A stretch of 63,435 nucleotides of DNA, counting the filler, from Reclinomonas americana ATCC 50394 (Eukaryota): the NCBI GenBank assembly GCA_048213135.1. It is 11 parts of 10 records of this genome, joined end to end, with 100 filler letters (N's around TTAATTAATTAA, not from the genome) between each part and the next. Parts side by side here need not be neighbours in the genome. Positions count along the whole stretch, not along the records: positions 1 to 10,098 come from PS016049.1; positions 10,199 to 16,087 come from PS016050.1; positions 16,188 to 19,999 come from AFZH01016552.1; positions 20,100 to 24,240 come from AFZH01016553.1; positions 24,341 to 34,309 come from PS016051.1; 6 more parts are not named here. One strand, written 5' to 3'. A program made the position numbers and the translations under genes. The first letter of the stretch is position 1. Each line of letters starts with the position of its first letter. Shown piece after piece: positions 1 to 32,600 of this stretch. The notes under the pieces are model-generated. The model saw only the letters and a program-made list of their open reading frames with translations, made no database searches and was not told where the DNA came from.

Positions 1-384
1 GTGCACCGACTGGAGGGCCACTCGGGTGGGGTGCGGGCGGTGGCAGTGACTCTCGATGGCCAGTTCATTGTGAGTGGCGGTGGGGACGAGACTGTACGGG
101 TGTGGTTGGTGGCAAGTGGCGAGGAGGTGCGCCGACTGGAGGGGCACTCTAATACCGTGCGTTCTCTCGCTGTCACGCCGGATGGGCAGCGCATTGTGAG
201 TGGTAGCGCTGACGGAACAGTACGCGTACTACCGCTGACGGGTGTGGTGGCGAGTGAAGAGAGAGTGCGACTTGGGTCGCGAGCTGATGGCGATCTCGCT
301 GTCCATGTGCGGTCGACGAGAAACGTGCTGGAGCGCATCTGTGGTTCATTTTTGCCCGACTTTACCGGAGCGTTGTATGAGTAA
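1..384 (+). CDS. 5'-truncated WD40-repeat protein (last two repeats plus a non-WD tail; further exons up to ~930 are possible but unresolved)
   Basis: Two similar repeats, HRLEGHSGGVRAVAVTLDGQFIVSGGGDETVRVW and RRLEGHSNTVRSLAVTPDGQRIVSGSADGTVRV, have the GH...SG.D.TVRVW WD40 pattern. The window starts inside the gene. Confidence 0.85.
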   Translation: MHRLEGHSGGVRAVAVTLDGQFIVSGGGDETVRVWLVASGEEVRRLEGHSNTVRSLAVTPDGQRIVSGSADGTVRVLPLTGVVASEERVRLGSRADGDLAVHVRSTRNVLERICGSFLPDFTGALYE

Positions 385-1002
385 AAGAGTTGCCAGGTGA
401 AGGGCGATGAGTTGACGAGGATGAGGTGTATCCCAGAAAGCGAGAAAACTTCTTCACTTCCTGCTGCTTCCTTGCGCTCACGGCCCTCACTTTTCCGTAT
501 ATTGCACTCGTTCTGCAAGCATGCCGTTAAAAAGACCGTACAGCATTCGGAAGGCACATTGCAGCGGCAGACAAGGCGGCCATTTCCTTCAGTACATAGA
601 TCGACTTCGTAAGGTGCTGATTTGCTCCTACATGGAACGGCTACAGCTAGTGGTACGCTGGCGTGACCCGTCTTTCAGTGTGTTCTACGTTGTAAGACTC
701 AATGATCGATCGGGAGGGCATACGTGTCGAACAAGTGCTGGTCCATGCTGGAGCTCAGGAGACCGATCGCGACGTTCTGATCAGTGAGAAAGGAGGACGA
801 AACGCGTGAGTAACGCAGTTGCTTTCGCACTTACAATTGCCGCTGGGTGCGATGATAACGCGAATGAGTCGTCGCAAGAGGTCCAAGGTCCTTCTTCAGG
901 TTGCCAGCTGCAGGCGGTACCGGTGCTCTGACTTTACGAGTAGCTTCGCGCCTCACAGGACAAACTTTACACACTTAACTCCTTCTCACCGACCACCACG
1001 CC

Positions 1003-1274
1003 ATGGGCTCTCTCATCTCCGAGCTGCTCGACTCCTCTCTGCTCTCCATCATCTGCACCTGCTTCTTCCTCGGCTTCGTGGTGCATCATTTTGGCGCGAA
1101 CTGGTGGCGTGCCTCCTCGTCGTCACCACCACCTCCACCATCAGCATCAGCTCCACAGTCACCTGCAGGCAAGAGCGCAGAGGCAGTGAGAGGAGAGGGT
1201 CTTGAGGCGCCGGTCAAGCCAACTCCGTCGAACCCGCCAAGGCCAGGAGATGATACGAAGATGGTGAGAGGGGA

Positions 1275-1311
<37 letters not shown>

Positions 1312-1550
1312 AGANNNNNNNNNNNNNNNNNNNNNNNNNNNNNNNNNNNNNNNNNNNNNNNNNNNNNNNNNNNNNNNNNNNNNNNNNNNNNNNNNNNNNN
1401 NNNNNNNNNNNNNNNNNNNNNNNNNNNNNNNNNNNNNNNNNNNNNNNNNNNNNNNNNNNNNNNNNNNNNNNNNNNNNNNNNNNNNNNNNNNNNNNNNNNN
1501 NNNNNNNNNNNNNNNNNNNNNNNNNNNNNNNNNNNNNNNNNNCTCTCTCT

Positions 1551-1602
<52 letters not shown>

Positions 1603-2361
1603 TCCTCCTCCTCCTCCTCCTCCTCCTCCTCCTTCCTCCTCCTCTTCCTCCTCCTCTTCCTTGCCATCGCCTTCGGCACAGCGCACTGCTGTCTTCGTTT
1701 CTCTTTCTGGAATACTCATCCACTCCTGTCTTCTGTGCGTTCTTTGTCTTCCCTTGTATGATGCATCCTTCTGCATCCGCTGATTATGCGGTTTCTTCTT
1801 GCGTCACCCACACATTCACCATCGCACCTCCCCGTCTCTCCCTCCACCCCTTCCCCCTGTGTTGCTCACCCCTTCTCTCCTTTCCCTCCTTCTCCAGGGC
1901 CTCCGCATGAACCCCGAAGTCAGTCGACAATGGGAGAAGCACGGGCAGGCCAAGGTCGCTCTGAAAGTGCAATCCCTTGAAGACCTGTTGCGTCCTGCGC
2001 ATCGGGAATGCGTTCCATGCTCGCTCTTTTGACGCGCGTGCGGGTGTATGTGGGGTGTGTTTGTATGTGTGTACGTGCTCTTGTGTGTGTGTGTGTGTGT
2101 GTTGTCGAAAACAGTGAGGCAGTGGCGATATCGGCAGACGCAAATCAGGTGCCATGCAGCGTGGCCGACGACGAGCAAGGGCGCGTGGCGTGCCTTGGAA
2201 TAGGTCCAGGTGAGTGGTTGTTGTGCTCGTCTGTCCCTCTCTCTCTCTCTCATCCACGCACTCTCCCTCCCTTCTCTCTCTCCCTCTCTCACTCATCCAC
2301 CGCCGAAACAGGCACCATTTCACAAATCAACGCCGTGACTGGCCACCTCAAACTCTTGTGA
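1003..2361 (+). CDS. PTRH2: Peptidyl-tRNA hydrolase 2 (PTH2/Bit1)-like protein with an N-terminal hydrophobic anchor; divergent; one exon probably lost in the N gap
   Basis: Exons ~1003-1263, 1898-1986, 2115-2209 and 2311-2361. Motifs: TM-like SLLSIICTCFFLGFVV, DDTKM, RQWEKHGQAKVALKVQSLEDL, CLGIGPG and the C-terminal INAVTGHLKLL*, which matches the PTH2 family ending VTGHLKL. Confidence 0.85.
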
Positions 2362-2448
2362 CAACGGCACCGCCTTTTTCTTTATTGTGAGAGATTGTGT
2401 TTTTGTGAAGGGCGTTGATGAATGGCAACATAATGAGAACTTGACTCG

Positions 2449-13053
<10,605 letters not shown>

Positions 13054-13109
13054 TGCGGTCTTTTTCACAGAGAAGGAGGAGAAGAAGGGGAAGGACGGGA
13101 AGGGAAGGA

Positions 13110-13655
13110 AGGAAGCCAAGACAGAGTCACATGAGCAGAGAGGAGAGGACGGGGAAAGTGGGAGCGAGTGTGGAGACAAGTGGGAGGAGGGAAGGAGGGC
13201 AGCAGAGGCTGAGTCACATGAGCAGAGGGGAAAGGGCGGGGAAAGTGGAAGCGAGAGTGGAGACAAGTGGGAGGAAGTAAGGAAAGAAAGAAGCTAAGGC
13301 CGAGTCATATGAGCAGAGGGGAAGGACGGGAAAGTGGGAGCGAGTGTGGAGACAAGTGGGAGGAGGGAAGGAGGGCAGCAGAGGCTGAGTCACATGAGCA
13401 GAGGGGAAGGACGGGAAAGTGGGAGCGAGTGTGGAGACAAGTGGGAGGAGGGAAGGAAGGAAGCAGAGGCTGAGTCACATGAGCAGAGGGGAAAGGACGG
13501 TAAAGTGGGAGCGAGTGTGGAGACAAGTGGGAGGAGGGAAGGAGGGTAGCAAAGCTGGAGTCACATGAGCAGAGGGGAAGGACGGGAAAGTGGGAGCGCG
13601 TGTGGAGACAAGCAGAACGAGGGAAGGAGGGCAGCAGAAGCTGAGTCACATGGAG
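13110..13655. repeat. ~86-bp tandem repeat (~7 copies) in the divergent aminopeptidase/ISWI intergenic region
   Basis: The GAGTCA(C/T)ATG core recurs at ~13124, 13211, 13302, 13387, 13472, 13558 and 13644, with conserved sequence between the cores. Confidence 0.9.
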
Positions 13656-14440
13656 AAGTAGAAGAAGATGATGAGGGCGTTGTGGAAGTGTCAAAGTCGT
13701 GACTGGAGGTGCATTAACAAAGAAGGGGATGGTGACTGGAAAGAACGACATGGTAAGACAAGTGAAAGCAGGAGGAGATCTAGTGAAGCGAGAGAGGGGA
13801 AGCAGCTGCTAAGTCACATGAGAGATGCACATGGAGGAAGAAGTCCACAATGCGTCAGTGTCAAGAGCATTAACAGAAAATGAAAAGGAATGGAGGTGGC
13901 GGACAAGTGAAATGCAAGAGAGATCTAGTGAAGTGAGAGAGCGGCAGCACCTGCTGAGTCATATGAGAGATGGAGGAAGAGGAAGAAGGCTTCGCAGTGG
14001 AGGTGTTGGAGACTGGGAATGGGCGCGAAATGATGGTAGAAGCGAAGATTCTTCCGTGTTTTGGGAATGAAAAGTGCGTGTGGGGAGGAGAGGAGGATGA
14101 GAGAGTGAGAGTGTGTGTGCGGGAGTGAGACACGCAGGGAGAAAGAGCGTGTGCGTCATGACACGTCATCTGACGATTCATGCAAGTGTTAATCAGTGCG
14201 TGTTTGGCTCAGTCGATCACTCTTACTCTCACACACTCACTCACTCTGTGTGTCTCTGTGAGTAGGAGAGGACCAGAGAGAGTGAGAGAGAGTGAGTGTG
14301 TCAGTGCGAAGTTCTCTCCCATTCTTTTCAGCAAAGAAATGCAGCTCGCGCTCGTCGCCCCAGTGCATACACACACACAACGCGCACTAACGCACAGTCA
14401 CTCACCTCACTCACAAACAAAAAAACAAGACAAAAAACAC

Positions 14441-14775
14441 TTGTCCCACCAATGCATTTCTCCCGCCAAAATACTTTTTCCACCCATTCTCTCACAACAC
14501 GGAAGTCGACGACACCACCACAACCGGTGCTCTCCCGGGCAACAGCAGCTTCGCCAATCTGTCCGCAGCTGCCTCCTCCTCCGATGATGAAGAAGAAAGC
14601 AGCATGGAAGAGGAAGTCGCAGAAGAAATGGAAGAAGAAGGAAAAGAAAATGAGGTCGAGGAAGATGAGTATGAAGGTATCCTTTGCGCACGGAATACGC
14701 ACTGCATACACCTCCACAACACGCACAAAAAACAAAAGTCCGAATGTCCCACCAATGCATTTCTCCCGCCAAAAA
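14441..14775 (+). promoter_or_regulatory. Duplicated promoter-like motif (CCAAT followed by an E2F-like TCCCGCCAAAA) upstream of the putative ISWI first exon
   Basis: TGTCCCACCAATGCATTTCTCCCGCCAAAA occurs at ~14442-14471 and ~14745-14774, each about 20-30 nt before a start-codon position. Function is inferred. Confidence 0.4.
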
Positions 14776-14793
14776 CACGCATTCTCTCACAAC

Positions 14794-24921
<10,128 letters not shown>

Positions 24922-24995
24922 ACAAGTGGCGATGGCAAGAAGGAATGCGTTTTTTATTGAACGAGCTGATTTGCGAAAGTGGTGGTGATGGGTGT

Positions 24996-27900
24996 TTAAG
25001 CCTGCACCAGCGGCCAGTCGATGTATCCCTTGTCGTCGTCGGCCGGGTTCTTACCGTACCAGATGGCGGTGTTGGCGCCGCCGGGGTTGAGCTGCAGAGA
25101 GGGGAAGCAAAGGGAAGGGATGCGGTGAGCGAGGGAGGGAAAGGGAGCAAAATTCTGACTGTTGACACCACTCGAGATGAAAGAAACTTTGCTTCCCTCG
25201 CATGCCACTCATAAAACACCTCAGCTTTCCGAGTGGTGTTCTGACTGTCATTACAGCACTGGCTATGAAAGAAACAGACAAGGAAGATACTGAACTTTGC
25301 TCACGAAACAAATCAGCTTTCCGAGTAGTGATCTGACTGTTATTACAGCACTGGTTATGAAAGAAGCAGACGAGGAAGATACTGAACTTTCCTCGCGAAG
25401 CAAATCAGCTTTCCGAGTGGTGTTCTGACTCAGCTTCACGCGGAAAGAGACAAGTAGGAGACTTGATCTTGTCCCTTTTCTCTTCGCAGTATTGCACGAA
25501 TCATCACCCGTATCAAGAGTCGCGAAAAGATGAGAGAAACACTGTTCCCGCTTTCCTCTTTTTTGACACCGAGATCTCTCTTCCAAGTCGTGTCGACTAC
25601 TGTGTCCTCCAACACACTCTCCTTCCCTTTACCACACTCCTCCCTCTCTTCCCCCCCCCCCCTCCCCTTCCCAACCCCTGCACGCAACTTCCTTGCCCGC
25701 CTTGATCAGAGCCGGCAGATTGGCGTTCGCCAAAAACAGGTTGCCGTAAATGACACCATCGGCCACGCCGTCGGCCACATACTTGGCACCGGTCTCCGGT
25801 GTCAGTCCGCCATTGATGAACAGAGTGCCGGTGAAGGACTTGCGGAAGCGCACGAACGGGTCGAAAGTGAGGTTCGGCGCTTGCAGGCCGGCGAACATGA
25901 AGTAGGGAGGGCCGTTCTGCCAGTGGCGAGAGTGAGAGAAGGAGAAAAGAGGGAAGGGGAGGAAGGGGAGGAAGAAGACAGATTACCAGCGACGAGAGGT
26001 CGACAAAGGCGAGGTTGCGCTCGGAGAGCTCCGGGCCGAGGTAGTCGAGTTGAGCGGCGACGTCGTCGGAGGGCTGTTGGGGTGAAAGAGAAAAGGGGGT
26101 GAGAAGGAGGGGAGGGACAGGGAAGGGAATGTGAAGAGGGAGTGAATAGGAGGAGGAAGGTAGAGTGGCGAGACTGAGAGTTTGTGGACAAGGGGACAAG
26201 GTGGTAATAACAAAAGTATACGCGGGAAGTTAGGCGAGAGAAAGAAAGCGAAAGAGGAAGTGCGCGAAAACAGTAGAGAGCAAGGAAGAGAGAGAGTGAG
26301 TGATAGCTGAAGGGCACACGTGAAAGGGGAAGAGAAAGAACGGAGAAGGGTGGGAACTTTCACTTTCTCATCGCCCTTCTTCTCTCTTTTCCCGTTTCTA
26401 CTGCCATTCTTGCACTTCACATTTCCCTCCGCCTCTGCCTTTCTCCTCTTAGAACGGAGAAGGATGGGAACTTTCACTTTCTCATCGCCCTTCTTCTTTC
26501 TCTCTTTTCCCGTTTCTACTGCCCTTCACCCACTTCAAATTTCCCTCCGCCTCTGCCTTTCTCCTCTTAGAACGGAGAAGGGTGGGAACTTTCACTTTCT
26601 TATCGCCCTTCTTCATCCTCTCTCGTTTCCCGTTTCTACTGCCCTTCACCCACTTCACATTTCCCTCTGTCTCTGCCTTTCTCCTCTTTCCCTATCACTC
26701 CCTCATCGCTCTCTTCCCCTCTCGATGCAGACTTAAGTGGCTGAATGCACTCGACACGACAAGCAAGCCCGACTGAACAAAGTGCTTAAGACATTTTGTG
26801 GGCAACAAGACAGAGCAGAAGCATCGAAGAGTGAAGAAGTAATGAAGTCATTCAACAACTGGCTCACCTCCACAAGATCAGAGAACACCACACCAGGCTG
26901 CAGCTTGATGGCAGTGCGGTGGGCGCCGACCTCAGCAATGACAGCGTCGGTAAGCTGCGCTTACATGAGCACAGAAAGACCAAAGAACAGCAGCACTCTC
27001 CTACAGACCTCGAGGGTGAAGCGCGCACGGTTCTGCACCGAGCCGCCGTACTTGTCGGTGCGCTGGTTCGTGCCCTTGGCGAGGAACTGCACGATGCAAG
27101 TCAGCCCCTCAACGACAGAAGCACACAACCCTTGGATCAGAAAGACCTGCTGAATCAGGTAGCCGTTGCCGCCGTGCAGCTCGACGCCGGCAAAACCGGC
27201 CTTGATGGCGGCAGCGCAGCTGCGCACAATCTCACTGATCACTTGCGGGATCTCGCGCTCCTCCAGTGCGCGCGGAGCGACGTAGTCTTGCTTGCCAGTC
27301 GGTGTGTGGCACTGCGGGTTGGTCGATTAGAAGAGGGAGGAGGTAGAGGATGAGGAGGAGGGAAAGGGCGGAGTTGCTAAACGTAGCCGGCGGGTTTCAC
27401 GGCCGAGGGCGCGACGGGCAGCTCACCGCCGAGCAGAGAGGGGTGGGAGATGCGGCCGGCGTGCATGATCTGCGGACAGGGGGATAAGAGGGAAGGAAAG
27501 GGGGAAGGATAAGAGGGAAGGAAAGGGGAAAGGGGAAACGGGGGAAAGGGGGAAACTTCTTTCCCTTCACATTCTGTCTCATCTCGCAAGTCGTTCTTGC
27601 CCTTGTTCGAATCGTCTGGCTGTCTGCAAATCTCGCTTTCTGTCTTGCCTTCCCTCGCACTCTCTTCTCACACACAGCCCCTTATCCGCATTCTCTCTTC
27701 CCCTCCCCTTCCCTTCCCTTTCCCGCACCTGGCAGAAAATCACTCCACCCTTCGCACTCACGGCGTCGGTCACCTTGCGCCACCCGTCCAGCTGCGCCTG
27801 CGTCAGCAGACCCGGAGCGCGCATGTAGCCGCGACCGAGCTTGGCTGGGTTGGTGCCCTCGGAAATGATCAGTCCGCCGGCACTCGCGCGCTGAGATTGG

Positions 27901-28051
27901 GGAAAGGGGCAGGGAGGGAAGGAGAGATGCGGGAAAGAGTGAGAGAAGGAGATGATGACAAAAGAGTTTGGAGAGGAGAGATGGAGGACAGAGCGAGAGA
28001 AGGAGATGGTGAGTGCCAGAGGACATCAAGAAAGAGTTTGGAGAAGGAGGG

Positions 28052-28108
<57 letters not shown>

Positions 28109-28749
28109 TGGTGAGAGGCAGAGCTCGAGGACAACACGGAAGGGTTTGGGGAAGGTGAGAGACAGAGAGTGAGAGACAGACTGGCCATGCCTTTGTCTCA
28201 AAGATTGCATTCTGGAGAGGGGAGTGAGGCTTGTGATAGTGTGATAAAAGACGATTATTAGAGGAAAACAGTGACCGCATGGAAAAAACGCATGTCGAAC
28301 GCGGGAAAAACAAGGAGCCTCACATAAAGACAAGCAATGTCTGAAACAAATGATATGCATTGTTCGTATATAACAGTGTGTTACTGAGTGTGTGTGTATG
28401 AGAGAGAGTGTGTGCGAGAGAGAGAGAGATAGTGTGTGTGAGAGAGAGATGTGTGTGTGTGTGTCTGTCATGAGAGTAACCTGCGAGTAATACAGAGCAG
28501 TCTTGTCTGTGGGGGCGTCAGTGACAGGATCGCAGCGCGTGCGAGTCATTGCAGACCTGTTGCTCGCACATATACACACACGCACACACACACACAGACA
28601 GAGAGAGAGAAACTGAGAGAAGAGTATGTATGAGAGACACAATGAGAATATGCGCGAAACATGGCCACTCGATGCTGCAGAGTGATGTTGCTGGAGCCCA
28701 GACGCAGCGGGCGGAAGAGAGAGGCCACTGCTGAAGAGGCAGACGACAT
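24996..28749 (-). CDS. Old Yellow Enzyme / NADH:flavin oxidoreductase (N-ethylmaleimide reductase-like), 10 exons
   Basis: LFRPLRLG...HRVAMSAMTRTR, YYSQRASAGLIISEGT, IFCQIMHAGR, AGFAGVELHGGNGYLIQQF (catalytic H/N/Y), NQRTDKYGGSVQNRARF, INGG, YGNLFLAN and KGYIDWP. Confidence 0.95.
25213..25440. repeat. ~93-bp tandem repeat (~2.5 copies) in the last OYE intron
   Basis: TCAGCTTTCCGAGT(G/A)GTG(T/A)TCTGACT recurs at ~25221, 25313 and 25404. Confidence 0.85.
26338..26700. repeat. ~120-bp tandem repeat (3 copies) in an OYE intron
   Basis: AACGGAGAAGG(G/A)TGGGAACTTTCACTTTCT recurs at ~26339, 26453 and 26571. Confidence 0.85.
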
Positions 28750-28855
28750 GCTCTCCACACTGACGAAAAGAAAGGAAGTCGTGGACAGACATATCGATTG
28801 CGTCATTGTCCTTTGTTTCGCGCAACACGAGAAAGAGGCAAACCCAAGCGCAGTC

Positions 28856-29212
28856 ATGCCAGGTACGAGTGAGTACAGCTTCCACGAGAGGCTGATTGCT
28901 GACTCGGCATGTGGCGCAGTGGAGACAGAGGAGATCGGAACCCCAGCGGAGCTGGTCGAGCTGCTCGATCGGCGAGGTGCCGTCCGCGTTGGTGCAACCG
29001 CTGATCCCGCGGTCCGCGCGGCACAGTATGCGAGAGAGGGGTATAATGGAACGATGTACTACACTAGTACTCGCAACATGAACACCGCGGAGGACCGACT
29101 GCTGCGGAAGGCGGCTGAACGCGGCGCTGGCCGCCACAACGTCCACGAGGCGAGCAATGCCGCAGCAGTGGCTGGGTACATCTATGTTGTCGTGGGCCGC
29201 CGCCACAACTGA
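28856..29212 (+). CDS. Small (~99 aa) protein, candidate circularly permuted GIY-YIG-like nuclease
   Basis: ATG at 28856 and a probable 57-nt in-frame intron at 28863-28919 (GTACGA...GCTGAC...GCAG). Product: MPVETEEIGTPAELVELLDRRGAVRVGATADPAVRAAQYAREGYNGTMYYTSTRNMNTAEDRLLRKAAERGAGRHNVHEASNAAAVAGYIYVVVGRRHN*. The coding call is good; the fold call is an inference. Confidence 0.7.
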   Translation: MPGTSEYSFHERLIADSACGAVETEEIGTPAELVELLDRRGAVRVGATADPAVRAAQYAREGYNGTMYYTSTRNMNTAEDRLLRKAAERGAGRHNVHEASNAAAVAGYIYVVVGRRHN

Positions 29213-29601
29213 ACATCCTGGCTCAAGTCGATTCTCCTCCTGATCACGTATAACGCCACAGATGACATTGCGTTATCATGACTGAGTGAGCAATGAACCC
29301 CCCAAAAATAGACAACTGTGTGCCGCCGTGCACTACGATCCACACGAGTGCACTGCAAGCACCACAGCTGACGTGCGATAGACACGTGAGGCAAGTTAAT
29401 GCCCGGATGCCATTTCTGGAGGCAAACCTTCGTGTCAAAGTCCAACATCACGCACACACACACACACACTCACATATAAGTGCAGCACGTGCACTCAGCA
29501 GCGTGTGATCACAGTGAGAGCTCACAAGGGCGAACAAGTGCGGGTGAGCAGACGTGAACCTGGAAGGCAGTAATCCTCATCACCTCATTTCACTCACCGC
29601 C

Positions 29602-32600
29602 TTATCGGCGATGCTGCGAGTGCTGTCTCTCGTGCTCCTCAATGGCCGCCATGTGCACTGGATTCACCGGCGCGCCGAATCCGTCCTTGCCGTCGACGTG
29701 GATGTAGGAGATCATGGTCTTCATCGTCACCAGTGCTGCGGAGATGCACGATTCAGCACTCATGCTCGTGCAAAGAGAGTTGTCATCGCTTACCTCGCAG
29801 AGTCTTGTCGTCCACCTTGTAAATGCCTGCGTCATACAAAGTGGTAAGCAAACCGGAGGTCATCCAAGGTGTGCTTTCATCTGAACACGACAGTCAACGT
29901 CCTCTCCCTCAAGTCCCTCCTCTCTCCCTCTCAGTGCAAACTCTGCTGCATTCACGTCACACACTGCGTCCCACTTTGCTGGTTCTCATATCGCCATAAA
30001 AGCGGACTGGTCATGTTCTCATACTCTTTTCAGCACTGTTCTCTATCTTTCCTCTAGCCACTTGCGCACTCTCCTTTCCCTCTGCTGCCGCACGTCTCCC
30101 TTTCTCTCTCTCACGCGCACGACGTACTTCTTCGGCCGCCCTCACGCCCTTCGTTTCGTCATTTATCTCTGCCTCCCTGTCATTTTTCTCTCGCCCTCTA
30201 TTCACCACCTCTTCTACTTTCCTTCTGTCTCCGGGTTTCTCTTCGAAGCTTCTTTCTCTTCCTCAAAGCTCGTTGCATTTGCAATCTCCCCTCTCTTCCG
30301 TCCATCTCACTGTCTGTGTTTCTCTTTCTCCCCACGAGTTTCTCTCTCTTTTAGCACTCAAAATTTCTCCCTCGCTCTTTCTTTGGTCAAGCATTTCGCT
30401 CGTCCATTCACCACACTGTCTCCGATTACTTCTACGCGTTTAGCTCTCGACCTATTCCCCCCTTCTCCCCTTTCCACTTTCTGCTCATCTCCCCTTCCCC
30501 TCTTCACCTTCCCCCCTGTCCCCTTTCCCTCTCGTTGCCCATTTCTCTCTCATCCTCCTTTCCCATTTCCATTCTCCCTCAGCCACTTCAACCTTTTCCT
30601 CTCTCTCNNNNNNNNNNNNNNNNNNNNNNNNNNNNNNNNNNNNNNNNNNNNNNNNNNNNNNNNNNNNNNNNNNNNNNNNNNNNNNNNNNNNNNNNNNNNN
30701 NNNNNNNNNNNNNNNNNNNNNNNNNNNNNNNNNNNNNNNNNNNNNNNNNNNNNNNNNNNNNNNNNNNNNNNNNNNNNNNNNNNNNNNNNNNNNNNNNNNN
30801 NNNNNNNNNNNNNNNNNNNNNNNNNNNNNNNNNNNNNNNNNNNNNNNNNNNNNNNNNNNNNNNNNNNNNNNNNNNNNNNNNNNNNNNNNNNNNNNNNNNN
30901 NNNNNNNNNNNNNNNNNNNNNNNNNNNNNNNNNNNNNNNNNNNNNNNNNNNNNNNNNNNNNNNNNNNNNNNNNNNNNNNNNNNNNNNNNNNNNNNNNNNN
31001 NNNNNNNNNNNNNNNNNNNNNNNNNNNNNNNNNNNNNNNNNNNNNNNNNNNNNNNNNNNNNNNNNNNNNNNNNNNNNNNNNNNNNNNNNNNNNNNNNNNN
31101 NNNNNNNNNNNNNNNNNNNNNNNNNNNNNNNNNNNNNNNNNNNNNNNNNNNNNNNNNNNNNNNNNNNNNNNNNNNNNNNNNNNNNNNNNNNNNNNNNNNN
31201 NNNNNNNNNNNNNNNNNNNNNNNNNNNNNNNNNNNNNNNNCGGCGACAGCAGGCCACATTGAGGAGGCGCAGTGGCGGGAACTCGGCATCGGCGGGTCGC
31301 CGCGCATGCAGCTCCTCCGCCATACCGACCACGCCGGCGTCGGTGAGCGAGAGGCAGTGGGCGACCGACAGCGACACGAGGTGGGGAGCGGTGAGGCGGG
31401 CGAGCTCCACGAGGGTGGTGTCGGTGATGTTGGTGCCGTCCAGGTTGACGGTGGTGATGGCCGACATGTCCAGGTGCTCGTGCACGAGGCGGTGCCAGGT
31501 GGGGGCGGTGAGGTGGGCGCCCGCCAGCCAGCCGGAGGTGATGAGGAGGGAGAGGGTGGGTTTGGAGGCGGCGCCGTGGATGTTGGTGAGGAGGAAGTCC
31601 ACGAGGATATCTGTCCAAGGGGGAGAAGGGGGTGAAGGGGGGAGAATGGGGAGAAGGGGGGAGAAGGAGGGAGAAGGGGGGAGAAGGTGGGAGAAGGAGG
31701 GAGAAGGGGGAGAAGGGGGGAGAAGGTGAATCCAACACAATTGAGACAGAAGGAGCAGATGAACAAACTCCTCTGCACCACTCACCACCGGCCGCCTCGC
31801 TGCCACCAATGGCATTGGCCACACACGGAGGAACAGCCGTGCGCAGCATGTACGATTTCGAGTGCTCGGCAGCGGAGTCGGGAAGCAGGCATTCGGCGGC
31901 GACCAGCTGCGTGTTCCACGGCGACGATTGTGGGTCGATGGATGAGGGATAGTAGTCGAGATCACCGCTATCACAAAAATGAGCGCAGAAAGAGAGAGAG
32001 AGAGAGAGAGGTGGACAGGGAGGAGCGCACCGCAAGATGCGCAGATTGTACTCTTCGTCCTCCTCGATGCGCTTGCGAGTGGTGGCCTCCAGGCGCTTGT
32101 ATGTCAGCTCGACGTCGCGATCGAGCCAGCCGGGGCGGGTGACTTGAGACTGCGGGGAGAAGAGAAGATGAGATGAGGGTGTAGTTACAGGTCTTAGGGA
32201 CAGAGCCGAGGATCCTAGCATTGTGCTTAATCATGCTGCAGGGTACCTTAACTTTCCTGTTACCGCACCTACCACGCAAACCATGTCATCACTTCTCCTT
32301 TCTCAGCCTATGACTATGAATTGACATAGAACGCACAACGAGCTGACTGTGTCCTTCTCTTTGTTACCGCTCCTCGAAATGTCTCCACTGCGTCTTTCTC
32401 TACCTCTCTCTCTCCCTCTCACTCCCTTGCCTTTCCCTCCCCTCCCCTCCCCACCCCACGCAACACTGTGATGATACTCGCTGTGATGGTGATGTGGGTG
32501 CTCGTGATGCTCATGCTCATGCTCATGATCGTGGTGGTGGTGCGGGTGATGCAGCTCGTGCGTCAAGAAGTCGCCATACTCCTTCAACTGCACCGCTCGG

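Noticed and set aside
376..420. In-frame TAA at 382-384 followed by an open frame: possible stop-codon reassignment
   Set aside because: Conserved genes need no internal stops and end in TAA (OYE), TAG (ISWI, OTU1) and TGA (PTH2, FKBP). The standard code fits, and an unresolved intron or a true stop is more likely.
1660..1700. AIAFGTAHCCL as the missing PTH2 exon
   Set aside because: There is no upstream AG and the phase does not fit the next exon. The real exon is probably in the N gap.
13110..13655. Regularly spaced repeats as a possible CRISPR array (also 58980-59410 and 61530-61900)
   Set aside because: The intervening sequences are themselves repeated, so there are no unique spacers. 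There are no cas genes and the context is eukaryotic.
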